From Lepidodermella squamata (lineage: Eukaryota > Animalia > Gastrotricha): a DNA stretch of 22,759 bases. The stretch is taken from contig JBLDXI010000150.1 of the NCBI GenBank assembly GCA_047495785.1, forward strand, positions 1 through 22,759, in the 5' to 3' direction. A model generated the notes under the pieces. It made no database searches, had not been told where the DNA came from, and saw only the letters and a program-made list of their open reading frames with translations. Positions 8,424 through 17,224 of this stretch are shown here, in pieces (the stretch's first letter is position 1; the number at the start of each line of letters is the position of its first letter). The position numbers and the translations under genes were made by a program.

Positions 8424-9878
8424 TCAAGCTCGATATAGCGTTCTATTCATAGCATTAACAGCCGCGGCAAGCCCGGCAAACACTTCTTTCCCACTTGGCT
8501 CAATATCGGACTCAGTGGCTCTGAAGCCTCCATTAGAACCGGCTCGAAGTTCCAAGGTATAGACGTATTTCGCCCCAGTCGCCTTTTTCGTCCAATCGTC
8601 AGAGCCGCCAGACGCTGGGCCGTAGATATCCATCGTATTTCCGCACTGCCAAGGTCTGTTGTTAACGGCGGACAGGGCCTTCGTTCCAATATTAGCGACT
8701 CGCAACATCTCGTTGTAGTCAGGGCCGTAACGTTGGTCTTCAGGGCCAGCTCCAAAGGGTACGAACCAAGTTTCCGCGTACGTATGAATCGAAAAATACG
8801 CCAGTAAATTGGCTTTGTTAGCTAGGACAAAGTTAGACCAGCTACGACTTTCAGGCTCGGAAAATGCGCGCTTGCCCTGGTAGACCTCGCTAGAAGGGTT
8901 GGTACTCGCTCCAGATCCTGCAAAAATCGTCGATGAGAAAATTTGAAATTTAGATCATGAACAATTTACCGCCAAAGTCGAAATCGAAATTGCGGTTGAG
9001 ATCAACGCCAACGTAAAGCGGGGTTCTTGAATCTTTCGATCGATTTTTTCGCCACATTCTGTCCCGTGTCTGGCTGTAGGTATATCCGTCGGGATTTAAC
9101 ATGGGTAAAATGATCCAGTTGAAATTAGAGAGAAGTTCTTTCACGGATCTTTCATTGCTGGTTACCAACTAAATTTTGAAGACAATTTAGATCTAAAGTC
9201 GAAAAATTAGGTTGATTTCAAACCTTATTGATCATGTAGATAATCGTCGCTGGGGACAACCATTCCCTGGCATGTGCGCCCCCTTCAATAATTACCGTGG
9301 GTTGGCTCCAGTTGCCTATCTAGAATGAAAATATGGTTAATAAATTTTAATTTCTCCTTCGAGACATTACATACCTGGATGTATCGTAGATCTCTTTGTT
9401 CGAAGGATTTACCAACACTGCCGCATTTTGTTGAATTTCTGTAAGATTCGCAAATCGAATCTAGCCAAGCCACAATATTGCTGTAAGTAGGGAATTTCTT
9501 CACAACCAGTGAATTGAGATCAGTGGCTTTTATGGAAGCCCTCAAAAGCCTGGGCTCATCTGCATTTTCCTGCTTTTCATTATCAATCAGTGCTTGCAGG
9601 TCGTTGATCGTAATGTTGAAGGGAATTCGTGCTTGATTAGCTTGGCGAATGAAATCTTGAACTGAACCAGCTTTCACTCGAACATCGACCCCTCGACCAG
9701 GTCTACTTGGGGCGAGCCAGAAGTCAAAGTCATCTTTATCAACGAATTGCTCCAAAAAGCTGACTTGTTGCTGAGTTTTCGGTTCGAAATGGAACACCTT
9801 CTCGCCGGTGTAGTCGTAATAGGCCAAGCTTCCGACCACAAAGAAGCAGCAAAGGAGTAGGACATTTATATAGGGCAT
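8424..9878 (-). CDS. Pro-carboxypeptidase (M14A), paralog CP3, CPB-like Asp255, 4 exons, ~430 aa (left-arm copy)
   Basis: Exons 9878-9375, 9319-9224, 9168-8970, 8917-8424 (1293 nt, in frame, GT..AG introns of 55, 55, 52 bp). Signal peptide, GAHAREW, MWRKNR, DLNRNF, SIHTY, IYGPASGGSDDW, YTLELR. Confidence 0.92.
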
Positions 9879-10780
9879 TTTCCGGTAACGATATTCTAGA
9901 CTTATTTTTTCTGCAAAGGCAGTGATAAATACAAAAAACCGCTATATAAATACGTTCAGGTCGAGCGCGTTAGAAGAAAAAACGCGCGGTTCCGTGTTAT
10001 GACGAAAAAAAGTATGAAGGATGAATAATGAGTGGGCTGTGGTAAATATCTAGCGTGTCAAGCACGAATTTACGTGGGTTCTTAACTGCGAAGAGCATGT
10101 GTGAGGGTAATCAGATATTGAGATTTTTGTCTTGTGAGCATAAATTATCCGAAAATAATTTCGGTCGACAGAGCCCTTATATGGCTAGTTTTTTTTAGTT
10201 ATAGTGCATTTTGTCTGCAGTTCGATGCTGTGTTTTACCATGCAGCGAGTACGAGCATGAGGTCAGTTACTCTGTTACCCTCACCCTTCCTGAAAATCGT
10301 GAAGTAGAAGGCGATATAGTTAGTTGCCAAGTAAGGGACCGGCAGTACTAGCGCATATTTTTAGAAATGACAGTAACGCTATATTAGTGTAGGTTACAAT
10401 TGCGGAGCGGTTGAATTCTAAATCCTAAATCACTATCTTCGGTTCAAGGGCTATAAAAATGCCATTAGCTGCTATCTTGTGTTCTCATCCATTCTTGAAC
10501 TCTTGGAGAGAAAAGAGAATTCGGTTTCTTTTTCTATCCTTCGTCAAGTATTCTGACGCTCTTCATAAATTCTGCGATCAAAGATGTGTAACGGGCAGCA
10601 AACAGGTGCCGTTTATTTATCTTTATTCTCAAGGCGCAGCAAAATACCTAATTGAAAATGGGGCAATGAAACCTTGAAAAAACTGTTCATCAGACGTCGC
10701 CAATCGCCAAGGTCGAAAATGTATACTGCTAACTGCTAAGAACATATAATCCCAATAGACTCTCACATGAATCTACAGTT

Positions 10781-13700
10781 TCAAAAACAATGTTTCTGAA
10801 AATATCTATAATAATCAATGAAATCTGCCGACTCTGTAACGCGGGCGCTTGTTGTAAGAAGAAATAGTGCCGGTTTCGCTGTCACTGCTCCAGCCTTCCG
10901 CAGACTGTAAATTGCCGGCGGATAGTTGGAAATCAGTGCCAAATCTAGTGGAGTAAAGCCATCGTCATTTCTCGCGTTGATATCCGCACCAGCCTCTATC
11001 AACCCATCAATATTACTTGTGTACCAATCGGATTCTATCATGTGCAATAGAGAATTTCCGCGTTGATATTTTCGATTGACATCATAACCCTTCTGTACGA
11101 GGAATTTTGCGAAACCGTAATCCCGATTGGTGCTTGCAACAATAGTTAGGCAGGTGTTGTTGTCTTTGTTCTGCGAATTTACATTCATACCATGAATCTC
11201 GACAAGCCATTTGGCCAGTGAGAAACTCTCAAGAGGTCCACTCATACACGCCAGTAAAAATGCATTATTGCCTTCGTAGTCGACAGCCGTCAAATTCGAG
11301 CCTTCGTCCAGTAGTAATTCAACCATTGCATGGTTATATTGACGAGCTGCGGACAAAAGCGGAGTTAGCCCAGAGGAGTCGCGTTCTTCGAGGCCAATTT
11401 TAGCTTTCCTAATCAGGAATCTTGCAAGTTCGTCATCGCTTCTGTAAACAGCTAGATGCAAGAGAGTGCCATTCGGTTGCCATCCCGAATTAACCCTAAC
11501 TCGGCCATCAGCCCCTTTTGATAACAAGTATTCGAAAACTTGGAAGCGATCCGCTGATTTCAAGTGCATCACCGCGATTGCAAATGGGGGCAATCCATCC
11601 AAATATACAGAAGTGACCGAATTTTCAGCTTCCTCAACAGCGAATTTCACCATAGGTAGAGCTGGGGTCTCAGTGGTTCGACAAGCTTCTGAAAGCATAG
11701 AGTACAGTTCATTCGTAGCTCCCTTTGACATTAGGAATTTAACGATTTCTAGACTTTTAGAAGCAGCGTATGTAATTGCCGCCCTGTCGTTGTATACCAG
11801 GTCAACGTCTGCTCCATATTTTACGAGCAATTTGACAAGATCAACACGACCCATCTCAGCTGCGAGCATTAGGGCGGATTTTCTAGCCGAGGGATGAATC
11901 GCATTCGCATCGCCATCGTTTTCGAGTAGCACTTGAAGCATTTCCAGAGAAGGATTTTCTACGAACATTGCAGCGGAAACTGCTGGGACAGGTATTAGTT
12001 CGATTCGCCCCAAACAAAGAGCGTAATAATCGTCAGGAACCATAAGAGCGGCATCACCGCGCGCTTGATTGAGACGTATCATCTCACGTACAGCAGAGAT
12101 GTTACCATCTATAACGTAGTTCACAAATTTCTGAAAAAATATGAGAGAGAACAGATGTATAAAAACGTAGATATATTGGAAAGAGAACACCGCTAAATAT
12201 TACAGCCATATTTAGGAATAAGCTGGGGGTCAAAAATTAGGTGAGCTAATTGATGATTCATCGGTTGATTTCAGAAACAAATTCGTTATTTCATTGAAAG
12301 TAAGAGCCCAATATTACCCACTTTTCTAAAATCGTGAACTTTCTCATATGATTGAGTTATCAGTTATCACCTTGCAATTCAAACTGACTCACTACACTAC
12401 GTCACGGTAACAGATATCACATCTCTACCAGCATAATAAAGAAAACTCACAGCGTTGAGCCTATCCTGATTTTGATTCCGAACAGTGCTTTTAACATATT
12501 GTGTCGTTGTCAACTTCGGAGTTGTAGTTGATCTCGCCCCCGATATAATCTCAGTGACAAGCTGCTGTAGGCCAAAATCATCGTTGGGCGTTAACGATCG
12601 GTTAGTACTTGCGGTGAAATTAAGCAGTTTCACCGTAATTGCCGAAGACATTTCTGTTGTTGAATTATGACGATAGTTCGCAGTGGTTGCTCCTAACTCT
12701 TGGGCCGAAACTGCTCTCTGCAAATCGACCTTGCTGATTGGAACAGAGAGATCCAAAGCTGTTTCGCCTTGATAATTTGTCGCATTCACATCAGCCCCCA
12801 TGTCTAGTAAGGCCAGTACTACCCGCCTTCTATTACTTGAAGAAGCAGCTGACATTAGTGGCGTATAACCATAAGGTCCGGACTTGGCGTTGATAGCATA
12901 GCCTTTACTGACCAAATATTTCAGTATGTCGACGATAACCGTGTCGTCAACCTGAATGCCACCTCGCCACTGTAGGTGATAGTCACAAGGGGTTCCATAT
13001 TTAGTCGTCTTTGATTTGGCATCATTTCCGCCTATTTCAACGGCGAATTTTATGAAGGTTAAGATACCCAATTCAGTCTTATCGATCTGACAAGCCTGAA
13101 GCAGCATGTTACTGCCTTCATTATTTTTCGCCTGTTTATGAGCTCCTTGATCAACGAGGTACTGGAGTAAAGCTAGAGAATAGCCAGTTTTAGCTGCGAT
13201 GAGTAACGGCGTGTTGCCTTCGTTATCCCTCGCATGGACATCCATTTTGAACTGTTCGATCAGCAATTTCGCAATAGGGACAGGATCAGTCGATTGCACT
13301 CGGCTGAGAAGGTGAAGAGCGGTTAAACCGTTGGAATTCGTGTCATTCGGCGATTCAAACGGCAACAAGTAGTAGACTAATCTTAAATAATCAGGGGTTA
13401 CTTCGCCATCGAAAGCAGCCATCAAAGCTGTGTTGTTTCGGCTGTCTCGGACATCAGTCACTGCATTGTACTGTTCAACAAGGAGTCTCACCAGATCCAA
13501 CCGGCCGTTTCTTGCAGCCCAGAGGTATGCGCTCCTAACTTGAGCACTTCCATCCCTCGCTTCGACGGAGGCCCCTTTTAGTAGGAGAAACTCAACCATT
13601 TCGTAGCTTTGGTTAGTCCGCACTGCGCTGACAAGCGCTGAGGATTTCGAAGTTGAATTTGCGTTAACCAGACCTGAGTTGACCATTTGGCGAACGGTTG

Positions 13701-13861
13701 GCAGTTGTCCCGAGACTACGGCTTCGTTGAAGGCCTGAATTAAGACTTTCATTGTGCATTGTGAATATGGAACACAAATTTACGCTTTCATTGCCAACAT
13801 TTTTGAAACATGTGATGGGTGCGATGAAACAAGTTAAAAAACAAATGAATATCGACTTCAT
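10781..13861 (-). CDS. Signal-peptide-bearing ankyrin-repeat protein with two ANK arrays and a Ser/Thr-rich linker, 3 exons, ~903 aa (left-arm copy)
   Basis: Exons 13861-13784, 13734-12451, 12130-10781. About 20 ankyrin repeats (e.g. GNTPLLIAAKTG, GYTPLMSAA..LLDMGADVNA, GLTPLLSAAR, GADINARNDDGFTPLDLA). Phase-0 GT..AG introns of 49 and 320 bp. Ankyrin identity is secure; joining the two large ORFs into one gene is a prediction. Confidence 0.78.
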
Positions 13862-14547
13862 AATGTTCTAAATTGATGACAATGGGAAAATAACGAATGC
13901 AGTGGTGATTGTGCCAAATGCAGGATATTTCGTTCTTTTCACCTAAATCGTGAAGCGATTACGGCTTGGGAAGATTTTTCGCTGAAAATGGCGATCCAGT
14001 CCTCATAACTTGACTGAAACACAACTATAAAAAATTCCGAATTAAGCTTCACTGTTTTTTACTTGACTGCTGTTTTCTTAAATTAAGTGAAGAATGTAAA
14101 AAACTTTCTTACAAGCTATTTTTCAGGCATTCCTAGAGCTTTAACTACGTAGATCACATCACGAAAACGTGTAGCATGACAAAGGTTGATATATGATATT
14201 ATGTGTTCATCAAAATAAAGCCTTTATTAGGCTATCGGAAAGCTAATCTGAATCCTATAGAATCCCATGAGAATGATATACCTATTGGAAAGTGACAACT
14301 TGAGACCATGGTTTCATTTGAAAAAAATTCACAGGCTACTTTTTGTTTATTCTTGTAATTGTCGAAACTGCGCAATAATTCAAGAAGTGGGAATTCTCCA
14401 AATAAAAGAAAGTTTCCGAAACAATTTGATATAAAAAATCACTTGAGGTTGGGACAGTCAATTAACTACTGTTTTTACATCAAAAGAGAAAATCCCATCC
14501 CACCATTCACAAGTTAATGAAACAGACTCCGAACAGGTTCACAGCGC

Positions 14548-15606
14548 TTACCGAATCCGCACCACTGTTAGAAAACGTACAGCGCTCGATAGTCTGAGGG
14601 CGATTGGTTCATTTTTTGCAGTCATAGCCAGCGCGACGAGCATCACGTTCATTGAAACAACGAGTAACGCCAACACCGAAACCAATATCACTAGCAAAGA
14701 GCTGCTGGACCCGACCAGAACACCGACCAGCACACCAGCAATTATAAAAATGACCAGAGTGTAGATGAACATGTAATCGTATTTCAACTCATTCATTATG
14801 GTGATCAGTCGCAGGTTTCTCGATCGTTTAGGTACAATCGTTTTGCCTAGGATTGATCGGGCCTTGAATGCTAGTAGAATTGCACGAATTAATGAGGCAA
14901 TCATGACAAATCCAGCAGCGGATACCAATCCAGTGGTCGTATTTGATGAAAGAATCGATTCAATGACCAGGCATTCCTGAACTTGGAAATTGAAGGCCAA
15001 GCTTCTATCTGTCTTGGAGTACTCTAAAGATGTGTTTCTCAAGACAGTCTCAATAGGGTGACTAAAAAGCGCTACTGCAAATAGTGTCACGGGAATTAAT
15101 ATTTGGCCGAGTAATAATGCCGCTGTGGTAAATTTCAACTTGACCACCCTTGGGTACCTTTTCACCCCTAAAATATTGTTATTGATTCTGTGAGAACTCG
15201 CCGCAATCAAGCTGGAGAATCCAAGGACAACGATAATTCCGATGGCAGAGCAATGCAACGCCACACCTTGACTTGAAATAGTATAAGGAATAGCAAAGAT
15301 TTGGCAGGCCAATACAAAGTCAGATATCAGGATTGTAGCCAACCAGTGATTGAGACGGCGCTTACGAGATGAGAAGAAGGCAACAATTGCTATACTGCCA
15401 ATTGCTGAACATCCGGAAACGTAGAAGACGATGCTGATACTAGGCGATATTAGAGGTTTTTCAATATTGACTAGAATAAGACGGTCCCTAGGAGCTTTCC
15501 CGTCATTGGTACGCCAAATGAACCTTGCGTGGTTGATTTGAGTTTTCTCGCCCTTTAAGTTTGATTTGTAGAAAGCAACTGGCTCCTGAACGCTCCTGTT
15601 GCCGTC
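14548..15606 (-). CDS. 5'-truncated class C (GABA-B-like) GPCR: end of flytrap domain, stalk and 7TM, ~352 aa of open frame
   Basis: The minus-strand frame stays open through the whole palindrome loop (DGNRSVQEPVAFYKSNLKGEKTQINHARFIWRTNDGKAPRDRLILVNIEKP). IW..DGKAPRD matches the stalk motif IKWPNGKRPLD of the other GPCR. Seven TM segments with TM3 Cys (ALHC), ECL2 Cys (QECL) and NELK before TM6. Upstream the frame hits TAA at 15609-15607, just past the junction. Confidence 0.78.
   Translation of the reverse strand, partial: DGNRSVQEPVAFYKSNLKGEKTQINHARFIWRTNDGKAPRDRLILVNIEKPLISPSISIVFYVSGCSAIGSIAIVAFFSSRKRRLNHWLATILISDFVLACQIFAIPYTISSQGVALHCSAIGIIVVLGFSSLIAASSHRINNNILGVKRYPRVVKLKFTTAALLLGQILIPVTLFAVALFSHPIETVLRNTSLEYSKTDRSLAFNFQVQECLVIESILSSNTTTGLVSAAGFVMIASLIRAILLAFKARSILGKTIVPKRSRNLRLITIMNELKYDYMFIYTLVIFIIAGVLVGVLVGSSSSLLVILVSVLALLVVSMNVMLVALAMTAKNEPIALRLSSAVRFLTVVRIR
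15485..15601. other. 117-bp unique loop of the palindrome (GPCR coding sequence on the minus strand)
   Basis: Complementarity ends at G15484/C15602 (T15485 vs G15601 mismatch). The loop translates in frame with the minus-strand GPCR. Confidence 0.93.
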
Positions 15607-16538
15607 TTATTCTAGTCAATATTGAAAAACCTCTAATATCGCCTAGTATCAGCATCGTCTTCTACGTTTCCGGATGTTCAGCAATTGGCAGTATAGCAAT
15701 TGTTGCCTTCTTCTCATCTCGTAAGCGCCGTCTCAATCACTGGTTGGCTACAATCCTGATATCTGACTTTGTATTGGCCTGCCAAATCTTTGCTATTCCT
15801 TATACTATTTCAAGTCAAGGTGTGGCGTTGCATTGCTCTGCCATCGGAATTATCGTTGTCCTTGGATTCTCCAGCTTGATTGCGGCGAGTTCTCACAGAA
15901 TCAATAACAATATTTTAGGGGTGAAAAGGTACCCAAGGGTGGTCAAGTTGAAATTTACCACAGCGGCATTATTACTCGGCCAAATATTAATTCCCGTGAC
16001 ACTATTTGCAGTAGCGCTTTTTAGTCACCCTATTGAGACTGTCTTGAGAAACACATCTTTAGAGTACTCCAAGACAGATAGAAGCTTGGCCTTCAATTTC
16101 CAAGTTCAGGAATGCCTGGTCATTGAATCGATTCTTTCATCAAATACGACCACTGGATTGGTATCCGCTGCTGGATTTGTCATGATTGCCTCATTAATTC
16201 GTGCAATTCTACTAGCATTCAAGGCCCGATCAATCCTAGGCAAAACGATTGTACCTAAACGATCGAGAAACCTGCGACTGATCACCATAATGAATGAGTT
16301 GAAATACGATTACATGTTCATCTACACTCTGGTCATTTTTATAATTGCTGGTGTGCTGGTCGGTGTTCTGGTCGGGTCCAGCAGCTCTTTGCTAGTGATA
16401 TTGGTTTCGGTGTTGGCGTTACTCGTTGTTTCAATGAACGTGATGCTCGTCGCGCTGGCTATGACTGCAAAAAATGAACCAATCGCCCTCAGACTATCGA
16501 GCGCTGTACGTTTTCTAACAGTGGTGCGGATTCGGTAA
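15603..16538 (+). pseudogene. Mirror copy of the GPCR 7TM region with no genuine 5' end
   Basis: Identical to the minus-strand copy from RLILVNIEKP onward. The ORF-track N-terminus (TTG 15561, MICRKQLAPERSCC) is antisense loop sequence. Confidence 0.65.
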
Positions 16539-17224
16539 GCGCTGTGAACCTGTTCGGAGTCTGTTTCATTAACTTGTGAATGGTGGGATGGGATTTTCTC
16601 TTTTGATGTAAAAACAGTAGTTAATTGACTGTCCCAACCTCAAGTGATTTTTTATATCAAATTGTTTCGGAAACTTTCTTTTATTTGGAGAATTCCCACT
16701 TCTTGAATTATTGCGCAGTTTCGACAATTACAAGAATAAACAAAAAGTAGCCTGTGAATTTTTTTCAAATGAAACCATGGTCTCAAGTTGTCACTTTCCA
16801 ATAGGTATATCATTCTCATGGGATTCTATAGGATTCAGATTAGCTTTCCGATAGCCTAATAAAGGCTTTATTTTGATGAACACATAATATCATATATCAA
16901 CCTTTGTCATGCTACACGTTTTCGTGATGTGATCTACGTAGTTAAAGCTCTAGGAATGCCTGAAAAATAGCTTGTAAGAAAGTTTTTTACATTCTTCACT
17001 TAATTTAAGAAAACAGCAGTCAAGTAAAAAACAGTGAAGCTTAATTCGGAATTTTTTATAGTTGTGTTTCAGTCAAGTTATGAGGACTGGATCGCCATTT
17101 TCAGCGAAAAATCTTCCCAAGCCGTAATCGCTTCACGATTTAGGTGAAAAGAACGAAATATCCTGCATTTGGCACAATCACCACTGCATTCGTTATTTTC
17201 CCATTGTCATCAATTTAGAACATT

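Larger units (their letters stand above)
8327..15484. repeat. Left arm (7158 bp visible) of a giant inverted repeat
   Basis: Mirror ORFs have coordinates summing to 31086 and identical translations; window end CTCTCTAAG is the reverse complement of 8327-8335. Confidence 0.98.

Noticed and set aside
10781-13861. Latrotoxin homologue
   Set aside because: Repeat number is similar, but there is no large N-terminal non-ankyrin domain; repeats begin directly after the signal peptide.
15561-15602. N-terminus MICRKQLAPERSCC of the 325-aa plus-strand ORF as a real protein start
   Set aside because: It starts at TTG and is the antisense reading of the loop; the minus-strand reading carries the recognisable GPCR stalk motif.
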